DNA of 64,000 nt, taken from assembly GCA_964575925.1 (NCBI GenBank), contig CAZNTR010000002.1, forward strand, positions 6,624 through 70,623, given 5' to 3'. Both the position numbers and the translations under genes were made by a program. The stretch comes from an uncultured Chitinophagales bacterium (GTDB lineage: Bacteria; Bacteroidota; Rhodothermia; Balneolales; M1805). The number at the start of each line of letters is the position of its first letter. The stretch's first letter is position 1. Under the pieces are notes generated by a model. That model searched no databases. It was not told where the DNA came from and saw nothing but the letters and a program-made list of their open reading frames with translations. Below, piece after piece: positions 44,125-54,223 of the stretch.

Positions 44125-44194
44125 CCAGCCTCCAGCCTCCAGCCTCCAGCCTCCAGCCTCCAGCCTCCAGCCTCCAGCCTTCAGCCTTTCACCT
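44125..44194. repeat. Heptanucleotide microsatellite (CCAGCCT) x8 perfect, plus 2 degenerate units
   Basis: Perfect units span 44125-44180, followed by tcagcct and ttcacct. Lies between the cysE stop (44095) and the peptidase start (44273). Confidence 0.95.
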
Positions 44195-44272
44195 GAACCC
44201 AATTCAAATTCTTGCTCCCTTTCTTAAACCTGATTAACTTCCCTCATCTATTAACTTAAAAAATAAAATAGA

Positions 44273-46186
44273 ATGAAAAGTATTCTTCTTTTATGCGTCA
44301 TTCTGGGTTTTAGTCTTCACAATGGCTTTGCTCAAGATGTTATGTCTCCTGAATTATTGTGGAAATTAGGTCGTGTTGCTGCGGTTGGTATAACAAAAGA
44401 TGGTAAAAATCTTGTTTACAGCGTTTCAACGCCAGATATTGAAAATCAAAATAACACAAAAGCGTATTTTACTGTTCCTATAAATGGCGGAACTCCGACA
44501 AAAATTGAATCTATTGATGGTTTAGTTACCGATGCTTCAATCTCACCTGACGGCAAATTTCAACTAACGAATAGAACCGTAAAATTAATGAATGTTGCGG
44601 GCTCTGATTTTTATCCTGCGCTCGACAAAAGTAATGTGAAAATTTACAATTCTCTTGATCACAGACATTGGGATACTTGGAGAGATGGAAGCTACAATCA
44701 CGTTTTTGTTCACAAAATTGTAGATGGGAAAGCGGATGAAGGCGTCGATATCATGAAAGATGAAAAATTCGATACACCTACTATGCCATTTGGAGATGAG
44801 TCAGATTATACGTGGAGCTCTGAGAGTAAATCTGTGGTTTATGTCTCTAAAAAACTCTCTGGAACCGAGTATGTTCAAAGTACCAATTCTGATTTATATC
44901 AATATGATGTCGCTTCTGGAAAAACAATTAATCTTACTGAAGGAATGTTGGGCTACGATACAGCTCCTGCTTTTTCATCAAAAGGCGATTTAGCTTGGTT
45001 GAGCATGGCTAGAAATGGGTATGAATCTGATAAAAACGATATTTATGTAATGATGAACGGTTCTAAAATGAATCTTACCAAAGATTGGGATGGAACTGTA
45101 AATGCATTCATGTGGTCAAAAGATGCTAAAAAGATTTATTTCGTTGCTCCAACAAAAGGAACTATTCAATTATTTGAAGTAGATGTACCGAGTAAAAGCA
45201 AAAAGATGCCAATTGTAGTTCAACTTACCGAAGGAGATTTTGATGTAAATGGAATTGTAGCAGAGTTGAAAAATGCCTTAATAGTTACACGCAACGATAT
45301 GAATCATGTTAAAGAAATCTTTAACTATAATCTAAAGAAAAAGTCGTTTACTCAGTTAAGTAATGCCAATAATGATGTTTATGCAAACTTAAAAACATCA
45401 AAAGTTGAAAAACGTTGGGTGAAAACTACAGATGGTAAACAAATGTTGGTTTGGGTAATTTTCCCACCTGATTTTGACGCATCAAAAAAATACCCAACTT
45501 TATTGTATGCGCAGGGTGGTCCTCAATCAGCATTATCTCAATTTTATTCTTTCCGTTGGAACTTCCAATTAATGGCAGCAAATGGTTACATCATTGTTGC
45601 TCCGAATCGTCGTGGAATGCCAGGTCATGGTGTTGAATGGAACGAGCAAATCAGTAAAGACTGGGGCGGACAAGTAATGCAAGATTATTTAAGTGCCATA
45701 GACGAAGTAAGTAAAGAATCTTATGTTGATAAAGATAGATTAGGCGCAATTGGCGCTAGTTATGGTGGGTATTCCATGTATTATTTGGCTGGAATCCACG
45801 AAAATCGTTTCAAAACATTTATTACTCATGCTGGAATTTTCAACATGAAAAGTATGTATGGTACAACCGAAGAGACTTTCTTTACCAATTGGGATAATGG
45901 CGGAGCTTATTGGGAAACTTCAAATACAGCGGCACAAAAAGCATACAATGAATTTGATCCAATCAATAAAATTACAAAATGGAATACTCCCATGTTGGTT
46001 ATTCAAGGCGGACGTGATTATAGAGTTCCTGAAAATCAAAGTTTTGAAGCCTTTACTGCAATGCAATTACGTGGAATTAAATCACGCTTAGTATATTTTC
46101 CTGAAGAGAATCACTGGATTCTAAAAGCTCAAAATGCCTTAGTTTGGCATGCTGAGTTCTTTAAATGGTTAAAAGAGACCCTTTAA
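44273..46186 (+). CDS. Secreted S9-family serine peptidase (beta-propeller + alpha/beta hydrolase)
   Basis: Signal peptide MKSILLLCVILGFSLHNGFAQ. Nucleophile elbow GASYGGYSMYY. C-terminal GGRDYRVP and ENHW blocks. Confidence 0.85.
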   Translation: MKSILLLCVILGFSLHNGFAQDVMSPELLWKLGRVAAVGITKDGKNLVYSVSTPDIENQNNTKAYFTVPINGGTPTKIESIDGLVTDASISPDGKFQLTNRTVKLMNVAGSDFYPALDKSNVKIYNSLDHRHWDTWRDGSYNHVFVHKIVDGKADEGVDIMKDEKFDTPTMPFGDESDYTWSSESKSVVYVSKKLSGTEYVQSTNSDLYQYDVASGKTINLTEGMLGYDTAPAFSSKGDLAWLSMARNGYESDKNDIYVMMNGSKMNLTKDWDGTVNAFMWSKDAKKIYFVAPTKGTIQLFEVDVPSKSKKMPIVVQLTEGDFDVNGIVAELKNALIVTRNDMNHVKEIFNYNLKKKSFTQLSNANNDVYANLKTSKVEKRWVKTTDGKQMLVWVIFPPDFDASKKYPTLLYAQGGPQSALSQFYSFRWNFQLMAANGYIIVAPNRRGMPGHGVEWNEQISKDWGGQVMQDYLSAIDEVSKESYVDKDRLGAIGASYGGYSMYYLAGIHENRFKTFITHAGIFNMKSMYGTTEETFFTNWDNGGAYWETSNTAAQKAYNEFDPINKITKWNTPMLVIQGGRDYRVPENQSFEAFTAMQLRGIKSRLVYFPEENHWILKAQNALVWHAEFFKWLKETL

Positions 46187-46195
46187 GAGAGAAAA

Positions 46196-46226
46196 ACTTT
46201 GCCAAAGTTTTATACCTTGGCAAAGT
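46196..46226. repeat. CTTTGCCAAAG hairpin repeat, copy 2 (also a likely bidirectional terminator)
   Basis: ACTTTGCCAAAGT-tttat-ACCTTGGCAAAGT (12 of 13 bp paired) followed by TTGATTTTTT. Lies between the convergent peptidase and SOD genes. Confidence 0.8.
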
Positions 46227-46233
46227 TGATTTT

Positions 46234-47244
46234 TTAATTCATTCGAGCTAAATCAAGCACTTTGTGGAATTTATGATGTAATTCCTCAAACTCTTTCATT
46301 AAATCTTCTTTGCTCATCTTTTTGTTCTTAACTGATTTTTGGAATGCTAAGGTTCCTTTTTCTAAATCAGCAACAGCTATTTTTGTCATTTCAGAATCAA
46401 ACAAGGTTGGAATTGCATTTTTCTTAAGTTTCTTAGCAACTTTTACCATGTTTTTGATTTCTTTTTTGATGGGGTCAAAATTGCCATCTTCAGCAGGATG
46501 AAAAGTTCCATCCATCACAGTATGGAAATCATCTAATTCTTTCCAAGCTGTAAAAACATCTTTTGATGAACGCATTGCAAAAGCATAACGTTTACTTATT
46601 TCAGACCAATTCAACACGTTCCAAATGGCTCCCAAATAATCTCCACGTTTATTTTGATACTTTAGGTAATAGGCATGTTCCCAAACATCTATAGCAATAA
46701 GAGGAGTTCCTTTTACTTCTGCATCGTCCATTAATGGATTATCTTGATTTGCAGTCGAAATAATGGCTAATGTGGAATCTTTTTTCAGAATCAACCATGC
46801 CCAACCTGAACCAAACTGAGTCATGGCAGCTCTATTCATTTTTTCTTTGAACTCATCTAAATCGCCAAATGTTGAATTTATTGCAGAAAGTAATTTTTCA
46901 CTTGGTTTTTGGTCACTTGCAGGTGCAAGTGTTTCCCAGAATAACGTGTGATTAAAATATCCACCAGCATTATTTTTTACCACTGTTGAATAGTTTGAAA
47001 TGTTAGCCATTAAGGTATAAATAGATGTAGGTGCATTTTCAACACCTTCTAATGCTTTATTTAAGTTGGCTATGTAACCAGCATGATGTTTAGAATAATG
47101 GATTTCCATAGTCTGAGCATCAATATAGGGTTCAAGTGCGTCGTAAGCGTAAGGAAGTGGAGCTTGTTTAAATTGTGCACTTGCTTGAAAGCTTAAGCCA
47201 AAAATACAAATGGCAGTAAAACCAATTTGTTTAAGTTTGTTCAT
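46234..47244 (-). CDS. sodA: Fe/Mn superoxide dismutase with signal peptide and an approximately 130-aa C-terminal extra domain
   Basis: Signal MNKLKQIGFTAICIFGLSFQASAQ. SOD blocks LPYAYDALEPYIDAQTMEIHYSKHH and DVWEHAYYLKYQNKRGDY. 336 aa, versus roughly 200 aa typical. Confidence 0.88.
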   Translation of the reverse strand: MNKLKQIGFTAICIFGLSFQASAQFKQAPLPYAYDALEPYIDAQTMEIHYSKHHAGYIANLNKALEGVENAPTSIYTLMANISNYSTVVKNNAGGYFNHTLFWETLAPASDQKPSEKLLSAINSTFGDLDEFKEKMNRAAMTQFGSGWAWLILKKDSTLAIISTANQDNPLMDDAEVKGTPLIAIDVWEHAYYLKYQNKRGDYLGAIWNVLNWSEISKRYAFAMRSSKDVFTAWKELDDFHTVMDGTFHPAEDGNFDPIKKEIKNMVKVAKKLKKNAIPTLFDSEMTKIAVADLEKGTLAFQKSVKNKKMSKEDLMKEFEELHHKFHKVLDLARMN

Positions 47245-47718
47245 AGTATTTTTTATTATGTGTAAATTGAATAGGTCTAAATTTAGCCCAAAAAAGGGAA
47301 GTAAATGGTTAAAAGTTGATTAACTGTAAACCCTATGACTGCGCCAAAAAAATTTGATATTTGCAAAAAAAAATCTTCCGATGAATAATTATTTTGCTGG
47401 TGCTAGACTCTTTACTTTTTTTGACTTAAGATTCGAATTGATTTGTTGTTCAAGAAACATTATTTACTGTTAAATTATTTCGTTTATAGCTTTTCCCTTT
47501 TAACTCCATTAAATTTAGTGATATCGCAATTGATCAGTTAAAGGTAGATTGATTCAATGCCTTATCTTCGCATTTAAATTGATTCTGCATCATCATTTTG
47601 AATCATAATGAAATGAATGATACCACACTGATTTAACTATTCTTACAAAAAAACAGACAGAATCAAGCGCAAAAATTTTAAAATTGTTTTGAAAGAAATG
47701 AATTAACGTATAAAAAGA

Positions 47719-49197
47719 ATGAAAAAGAAAATTACCATTATAGGAAGTGGTTTCGGCGGTTTAGGTGCTGCGAATCGTTTAGCATCAATTGGACATGACG
47801 TTACTATACTTGAAAAAAGAGATAAACTTGGCGGACGTGCTTATGTTTATGAAAAAAATGGATTTAAATTTGATGGCGGCCCAACAGTAATCACAGCGCC
47901 TTTCATGTTCGATGAAATTTTCGAAAAAGCTGGAAAGAAACGCGAAGATTATGTGAAATTCGTTCCATGTAATCCATTTTATCGCATTTTTGATCACAAA
48001 GGTAAACATCTTGATTATAATGGGGATGAAAAATTTATTCTAGAACAGATTGATAATTGGAATCCCAAAGACAAGCAAGGTTATATCGATTTCATCAAAA
48101 CAACTAAAGCTATTTTTGATAAAGGCTTTACTGAATTAGCCGATGTACCTTTTCTTTCTATTTGGGATATGCTAAAAGTTGCTCCTGATTTAATTAAGCT
48201 TCAGTCGTACAAAAACGTGTATTCATATGTTTCTCAATTTGTTGAAAATGAGTTTTTACGCCGTTGTTTTTCTTTTCACCCTTTATTAGTTGGTGGAAAT
48301 CCATTCGATACAACCTCTATTTATGCCATGATTCATTATTTAGAACGCGAGTGGGGCGTTCATTATGCATTGGGCGGAACGGGAGCAATTGTTGAAGCGC
48401 TAGCCAAATTGTTTGTTGAACAAGGCGGAAAGTATCATTTAAATACTGAAGTTGAAGAAATCTTGATTGATAAAGGTCATGTAAATGGCGTTCTTCTCAA
48501 AAATGGAGAAGTAATCGAAAGTGACATTGTAGTTTCCAATGCAGATGTAGCTTACACCTACAAAAATATGATTGACAAACAACATCGTCGAAAATACACT
48601 GATCGTAAAATTAACCGAACGAAATATTCGATGTCTCTTTTTGTAATCTATTTTGGAACAAAAAAAAGATATAATAATCTAAACCTCAAACATCATAATA
48701 TCATTTTAAGTGAGCGTTACAAAGGATTATTAGAAGATATTTTCAATAAAAAAGTATTGGCTGAAGATTTCTCATTGTATCTCCACATGCCAACAATTAC
48801 AGATTCAAGTATAGCACCTGAAGGTCATGAGTCGTTCTATGTTTTATCACCAGTTCCTCACTTAGATGCAGATATTGATTGGACAACCCAAGCAAAACCG
48901 TATCGTGATGCCATTATGAAGTTCTTGGAAGAGAATTACTTACCTGATTTGGAAGAAAACATAGTTGCAGAACATTATATAGATCCGCTTCACTTCCAAG
49001 ATGTGTTGAATTCACATGTAGGCTCAGCATTCTCCGTTCAGCCATTATTAACACAATCAGCTTGGTTTAGACCTCACAATAAATCGGAAGATGTGGAAGG
49101 CTTATATTTTGTAGGTGCAGGAACGCATCCTGGCGCTGGTTTGCCAGGTGTACTTTCTTCTTCAATTATTGCTGAGAACTTGATTGGTCCAGCGTAA
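47719..49197 (+). CDS. crtI: Phytoene desaturase family FAD oxidoreductase (CrtI-like)
   Basis: N-terminal dinucleotide fold [17 protein letters not shown]...[13 protein letters not shown]-terminal [16 protein letters not shown]. Confidence 0.85.
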   Translation: MKKKITIIGSGFGGLGAANRLASIGHDVTILEKRDKLGGRAYVYEKNGFKFDGGPTVITAPFMFDEIFEKAGKKREDYVKFVPCNPFYRIFDHKGKHLDYNGDEKFILEQIDNWNPKDKQGYIDFIKTTKAIFDKGFTELADVPFLSIWDMLKVAPDLIKLQSYKNVYSYVSQFVENEFLRRCFSFHPLLVGGNPFDTTSIYAMIHYLEREWGVHYALGGTGAIVEALAKLFVEQGGKYHLNTEVEEILIDKGHVNGVLLKNGEVIESDIVVSNADVAYTYKNMIDKQHRRKYTDRKINRTKYSMSLFVIYFGTKKRYNNLNLKHHNIILSERYKGLLEDIFNKKVLAEDFSLYLHMPTITDSSIAPEGHESFYVLSPVPHLDADIDWTTQAKPYRDAIMKFLEENYLPDLEENIVAEHYIDPLHFQDVLNSHVGSAFSVQPLLTQSAWFRPHNKSEDVEGLYFVGAGTHPGAGLPGVLSSSIIAENLIGPA

Positions 49198-49267
49198 TTT
49201 ATTTAAAGATGAATTAGAGGTAGATTTCTCAAATCCATCTTTAGAAAGCGTTTTGTTTTTAAGTAGA

Positions 49268-49305
49268 GTTTGCTAATCAGTTTTAATAAAAAAAGATTAG
49301 CAAAC
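49268..49305. repeat. Perfect 11-bp inverted repeat downstream of crtI
   Basis: GTTTGCTAATC-(16 nt, A-rich)-GATTAGCAAAC. No clear T-run follows, so the terminator call is weak. Confidence 0.5.
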
Positions 49306-49419
49306 AATCTCAATGTTTTCCATTTGAAAAAATGTATATAAATGCTTTAACTGGATTTGGGCTTTAAAATGAGCAGAATTGTTTTTTGATAGGTTTTGAT
49401 CTGAAAATGCTTTTGATCA

Positions 49420-49692
49420 TTAATTGAATATGTGAATTGATAAATACATTATTAAGATTAAAACTCCCCAAAGAAGATTACCAATATCATTAATTAGTTC
49501 TCTAGAATTTTGATAGTGTAATTTTAAGTTCCTATTTCCAGTTTTATCTAATTTATTTTGCAATTTTAAAATTATAAGTGGCATCTGTAGAAAATTGATT
49601 ATCAATAAGAATTCTAAAAAAGGTTTTGATTTAAAAGATGTATCAAAAGGAATTAAACCGGGAATAATTAGCTCAATAAAAAGGGTAATCAT
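49420..49692 (-). CDS. Hypothetical small membrane protein
   Basis: 90 aa with two or three hydrophobic segments. Its start overlaps the upstream stop (TAATG). Confidence 0.4.
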   Translation of the reverse strand: MITLFIELIIPGLIPFDTSFKSKPFLEFLLIINFLQMPLIILKLQNKLDKTGNRNLKLHYQNSRELINDIGNLLWGVLILIMYLSIHIFN

Positions 49693-50087
49693 TAAAAGAG
49701 CAAAAGTAGATAGCTTAATTTTTTCATCAAAAATACTATTCGAAGATAGAAAGGGGTGTTTTGAGATTCTGATTTATCTACGTCAGATGACTTCCAATTT
49801 GTTTTAATCCACAGTTTTGGAGGTGATAAGGGTGATTTAGAGAATTGTATAAATACTTCTTTTGTCGCTTCAAAATCAAGCTCATTAGTTGGGCAAAACT
49901 TTACTTGATTATTAAAATACTCGACTAGGTAGGAGTTATTATCAGAATTTGTTACTTGTATAAAGCAATCTTTACGATGTTCAAGAATGATAAACTCAAT
50001 TTTATCATCACTAAGATCAGTTAAATTAGATTCAAATACTTCGAAAGAATAGGTGATTTTCTTTCTACCGTTTATTGATAGCTTCAA
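49692..50087 (-). CDS. Hypothetical protein
   Basis: 131 aa with no motif recognised. Translationally coupled to the downstream small membrane ORF. Confidence 0.45.
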   Translation of the reverse strand: MKLSINGRKKITYSFEVFESNLTDLSDDKIEFIILEHRKDCFIQVTNSDNNSYLVEYFNNQVKFCPTNELDFEATKEVFIQFSKSPLSPPKLWIKTNWKSSDVDKSESQNTPFYLRIVFLMKKLSYLLLLF

Positions 50088-50362
50088 GTTGAAAATTATG
50101 ACTGATGTTGTAAAATATTGATTTTAATATGATCAAAAGAATATGCGAAATCAAAGAACTATTCAAAGCTTGAGTCAATTTGGTAAAATTAGTAATTCCA
50201 AAACTATTTAGTAATCAATTGAGAATGAACTAATAAAAAGTATTCGGATAAGATTAATTCTATTTTCCGCCTTTAAACCCTTATTTGAATTGCATCTAAG
50301 TAGCTTTGCATTATATTTGGTCAACTAACTGTATCAACCCCAATCAATTTTTCTTAACCGAA

Positions 50363-50698
50363 ATGGCATATATAGTAACCGAACCTTGTATAAACTGCAA
50401 ATACACCAATTGTGCATCCGTTTGTCCAGTAGATGCATTCCGTGAAGGTCCAAACTTTTTAACCATCGATCCAGATGAATGTATAGACTGTGATGCTTGT
50501 CGTTCTGAGTGTCCTGTTGAAGCTATTTATCCTGAAGATGAAGTCCCTCAAAAATGGGAACATTATATTGAATGGAACGCAAAATTAGCCGAAAAATGGT
50601 CAGATCGTGTTATCAATGTTACCAACGATCCTATGGATTCTGCTGATGAATGGGCAGAGAAAGAAGATAAAAGTGGTGACTTACAAGAAGAATGGTAG
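50363..50698 (+). CDS. fdxA: 7Fe-type ferredoxin (FdxA-like)
   Basis: MAYIVTEPCINCKYTNCASVCPVDAF...CIDCDACRSECPVEAI. I prefer ATG 50363 to the TTG at 50306. Confidence 0.9.
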   Translation: MAYIVTEPCINCKYTNCASVCPVDAFREGPNFLTIDPDECIDCDACRSECPVEAIYPEDEVPQKWEHYIEWNAKLAEKWSDRVINVTNDPMDSADEWAEKEDKSGDLQEEW

Positions 50699-50721
50699 TT
50701 TAAGACAAAACTAACACCCTA

Positions 50722-51585
50722 TTGGAAACCTATTTTCGAGAAAAATCTGAGCGTCTGATCATTAAAGGTCAGACGCTTTCTCTTATTAGCCCTATTGTTA
50801 TGGGTATTTTAAATCTTACCCCAGATTCTTTTGCAGATGGTGGTAAATACACGACAATAGATTTAGCGTGTAAACGGGTCTCTGAAATGAACCAAGAAGG
50901 GGCCACAATTATTGATGTTGGGGGAGAGTCTACAAGACCTGGTGCAGAACCTGTGTCAGATGAAGAAGAGTTTAAACGAGTTGTCCCGGTAGTTGAGGAA
51001 TTGATAAAGCAATTTCCAAAAAAATTATTTTCCATTGATACAACAAAACTAAAAACGGCAAAAGCTTGCTTAAAAGCCGGTGCTCATATTATAAACGATG
51101 TTAGTGGATTACAAATCCATCCAGAATTTGTTGATTTATGTGAAGAATATGATGCAGGTTTAGTGATTATGCATTCAAAAGGAAATCCTAAAACTATGCA
51201 AAACGCTCCTTTTTATGAAGATGTAATTAAGGAGATCAAAAAGTTCTTTTTTTATCAATTGCAATTAACGGATGAACGAATTCTAAATAGAGTTATTCTT
51301 GATCCTGGTTTTGGCTTTGCAAAAACGGCTGAGCATAACTTAATTATTTCTCATCATTTAAATGAGTTAACTCATTTCGGTTGTCCATTATTAGTTGGAG
51401 CGTCTAGGAAATCTATTATTGGGCAAATATTAGGTGGAAAACCTGCTCAAGATCGTCTTATTGGTACAGTAACATTTCATTATGATGCTCTAACTAAAGG
51501 CGCAAAAATTCTTAGGGTTCATGATGTTAAAGAAGAAGCAGAATCTATTGCTGTATTTAATGCAATCCAGAAAAAAACGCTATAA
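50722..51585 (+). CDS. folP: Dihydropteroate synthase
   Basis: IVMGILNLTPDSFADGG, GATIIDVGGESTRPGA, IINDVSG, DPGFGFAKT, GASRKS. Apparent TTG start. Confidence 0.9.
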   Translation: METYFREKSERLIIKGQTLSLISPIVMGILNLTPDSFADGGKYTTIDLACKRVSEMNQEGATIIDVGGESTRPGAEPVSDEEEFKRVVPVVEELIKQFPKKLFSIDTTKLKTAKACLKAGAHIINDVSGLQIHPEFVDLCEEYDAGLVIMHSKGNPKTMQNAPFYEDVIKEIKKFFFYQLQLTDERILNRVILDPGFGFAKTAEHNLIISHHLNELTHFGCPLLVGASRKSIIGQILGGKPAQDRLIGTVTFHYDALTKGAKILRVHDVKEEAESIAVFNAIQKKTL

Positions 51586-52015
51586 TCCTTATTTTGAAAA
51601 ATCAAAGTAAATTCCATCTTTGAGCAAGATAATTAAGTTCGAAGATGTAAGAATAATAAAGTGAACTAGGGAGAATTAATGACAAAAAGGTATTTGCAAA
51701 AATTGAGCTTACTCTGAAAAGTAATTTTCAGCAACTAAATAGGCGATTTCATACGATTTGAATGGTTAAAAACTGGCAAAATCGACTTTTAAGAGGGAAC
51801 TTAAAATTTATTTTTTAACTATGTGATGTTCTGCAAAGCTAAAAGACAGCAGATTTAATTTAATTATGCTGCAAATGTATTTGCAAACAGTTTAATCTTA
51901 ACAATCTACGTGTCAACCAATTAACTATGATTCGATTTTAAAATTGAATAGCTACTTTAATCCTCAGCATTTTATATATTCAAAAACGCCGAAAACCCAC
52001 TTATTTTAGCTGAAC

Positions 52016-52831
52016 TTGGACTTTTTTCCTATTGGATTTTTAGAATTTGGAATTAAGGATTTCATTGAAACCTTAATAATTGCGAGCATTCTGTTTTATT
52101 TGTATAAATGGATTCGAGGCTCGTTTGCCATACCTGCGTTCATTGGTTTGGTCTTTATTTTCGTTTTAAATGCAGGTGTAAGTGCTTTAGGCTTAAATAC
52201 CATTAATTTCTTTCTCAGGAAAATAATGGATGTGGGGATTTTAGCGGTATTTATTATTTTTCAGCCAGAGATTCGTAAGTTGTTGTATAGTTTAGGCTTA
52301 AATACAAATTTCGATAAGTTGTTTTCAAAAAAGCAGTCTGAAAATGTAATTAATGAAGTTATAAATGCCATCAAATTATTGAGTAAAACCAAAACAGGTG
52401 CGCTCATCGTTTTTGCTCAGGGAAATGCCTTAAACGATATTATTGAAGCAGCGACCGAAATTGATGCTCGAGTAAAAACTGGTTTATTATTAGCCATTTT
52501 CAATAAAGAAGCACCGCTTCACGATGGGGCAATTATTATTAAAGGAAACCGAATAATGGCTGCGGGTTGCTTATTACCCTTGAGTGCTAATCAAAATATA
52601 TTATCGGTATTTGGTACTAGACACAGAGCAGCTGTTGGGGTAAGTGAATCGAATAGTGTGTTTGTTGTTGTTGTTTCAGAAGAAACGGGAAAAATCTCTA
52701 TTGCTCAACACGGTAGATTAATAAGTGGGCTAACCATTCAAAAATTACGGGTTGAAATGGCAGAAAATCTGTCAAAAAATATGGCTTCAGAGTCTGAGAT
52801 TTCCTTTTCAAAAAAAGAAGTAGAGATTTAA
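52016..52831 (+). CDS. cdaA: Membrane-anchored diadenylate cyclase (CdaA/DisA_N)
   Basis: Three N-terminal TM helices. DAC motifs GALIVF, PLHDGAIII, GTRHRAAVG, VVVVSEETG. TTG start. Confidence 0.88.
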   Translation: MDFFPIGFLEFGIKDFIETLIIASILFYLYKWIRGSFAIPAFIGLVFIFVLNAGVSALGLNTINFFLRKIMDVGILAVFIIFQPEIRKLLYSLGLNTNFDKLFSKKQSENVINEVINAIKLLSKTKTGALIVFAQGNALNDIIEAATEIDARVKTGLLLAIFNKEAPLHDGAIIIKGNRIMAAGCLLPLSANQNILSVFGTRHRAAVGVSESNSVFVVVVSEETGKISIAQHGRLISGLTIQKLRVEMAENLSKNMASESEISFSKKEVEI

Positions 52832-52983
52832 GTTGTCAAACAAGATTTTATTATAAAACATAGTTCTTGATTAAAAATTAGCGATTTAGTTCGATTAAAA
52901 TCCTAGAAATCATACTTCTCGAAATGATGTCTTGTATGCAAAGATAATATTTAGCTAGTTTCACAAAGCAAATTGTTGAAACA

Positions 52984-53014
52984 ACTCTGGCAAAGTCCTA
53001 AACTTTGCCAAAGT
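52984..53014. repeat. CTTTGCCAAAG hairpin repeat, copy 3 (opposite arm order)
   Basis: ACTCTGGCAAAGT-cctaa-ACTTTGCCAAAGT, about 50 nt upstream of pheA. Confidence 0.8.
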
Positions 53015-53062
53015 TTTCATTAAATTTACGAATTCAAAAATAGTACTTTTTCGAATTCAACC

Positions 53063-54223
53063 ATGCCTGAAAACACACTTAAACCGGAGCAGTTACTTAA
53101 ACTCCGCGAAACCATCGATTCTTTAGATCATCGTATTATTAAAGCTTTAGCTGAACGACAGCGCGTTGTTCGTCAAGTCATTTCTTCAAAAATATCGACA
53201 GCAACTCAAGTTAGGGATTTAGATCGTGAAGATGCTTTACTCAAAAAAATTCGTGAAAAGGCAGTAACTGCAGGTTTAGACCCATATTTTGCAGAGCAAT
53301 TATTCCGCGAAATCATTTTTCAATCTGTTCGGTATCAAAATCATTCTTTGGTTGATCATCAAAATGAACTAAATACGGTGAAATCCATTCATGTGGCTTA
53401 TCAAGGTTTAGAAGGGGCTTATTCTCATTTAGCTGCACTAAGACATTATAGAGAACGCTACGAAGAGGTTATTTGCCATGGGTTTCCTACAATTGAAGAA
53501 GTTACCAATGCTGTTGAAACCGACAAAGTTCAAGTCGGTATTTTACCTATTGAGAATACAACAGCAGGGTCAATAAATGACACCTATGACTTATTGGGTT
53601 CAAAATCTTTATTTATTGTTGGGGAAGAAGTATTTCGAGTAGAGCATTGTTTGGTGACTTTAGAACCCGTAGCATTCGAAAACATTCGCAGAATTATTTC
53701 CCATCCACTTACTTTGGTTCAATGCAGTAAATTTTTAAGTGGATTTCATCATACAACCATAGAATCATTTATTGATTCAGCCATGAGCGCGCAAAAAGTA
53801 AAATTTGATGCTGATTTATCTCAAGCGGCTATAGCAAGTCCTGAAGCAGCAGAGAAATACGGCTTACACATTTTACAACATGAAATCTCCAATAACCCCG
53901 ATAATTATACACGTTACGTTGTAATTGGAAAGCAAAAAGTCGCTGTAGATCCACAGTTACCTAGTAAAACCTCGCTCATTTTATCCACGATTCATGAAAA
54001 AGGCGCCTTAATGCGTTGTTTGCAAGTCTTGGATAAATACGAAATAAATATGTCAAAACTAGAATCAAGACCACGCCCAGATAAAGCATTTCAATATCAG
54101 TTTTATGTAGATATCGAAGCCAACAATCAAGACCCTAAAGTAATTAAAGCTTTAAAAGAATTAGATGGAAAAGCAGCGAATCTTAGAGTATTAGGCTGTT
54201 ATCCTAAGCAAATTGAGGAATAA
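53063..54223 (+). CDS. pheA: Bifunctional chorismate mutase / prephenate dehydratase
   Basis: CM helix LRETIDSLDHRIIKALAERQ. PDT VAYQGLEGAYSH and PIENTTAGSI. ACT region TSLILSTIHEKGAL...ESRP. Confidence 0.9.
   Translation: MPENTLKPEQLLKLRETIDSLDHRIIKALAERQRVVRQVISSKISTATQVRDLDREDALLKKIREKAVTAGLDPYFAEQLFREIIFQSVRYQNHSLVDHQNELNTVKSIHVAYQGLEGAYSHLAALRHYRERYEEVICHGFPTIEEVTNAVETDKVQVGILPIENTTAGSINDTYDLLGSKSLFIVGEEVFRVEHCLVTLEPVAFENIRRIISHPLTLVQCSKFLSGFHHTTIESFIDSAMSAQKVKFDADLSQAAIASPEAAEKYGLHILQHEISNNPDNYTRYVVIGKQKVAVDPQLPSKTSLILSTIHEKGALMRCLQVLDKYEINMSKLESRPRPDKAFQYQFYVDIEANNQDPKVIKALKELDGKAANLRVLGCYPKQIEE

Noticed and set aside
44125-44194. Considered whether the CCAGCCT tract could be a CRISPR array or part of a coding repeat
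   Set aside because: The 7-bp units are contiguous with no spacers, so it is not a CRISPR array. No ORF spans the tract, so it is not coding.
44760-46091. 77-aa same-strand alternate-frame ORFs inside the S9 peptidase gene (44760-44993, 45858-46091)
   Set aside because: They are alternate-frame reads of a gene with clear catalytic motifs in its main frame, and nothing supports them independently.
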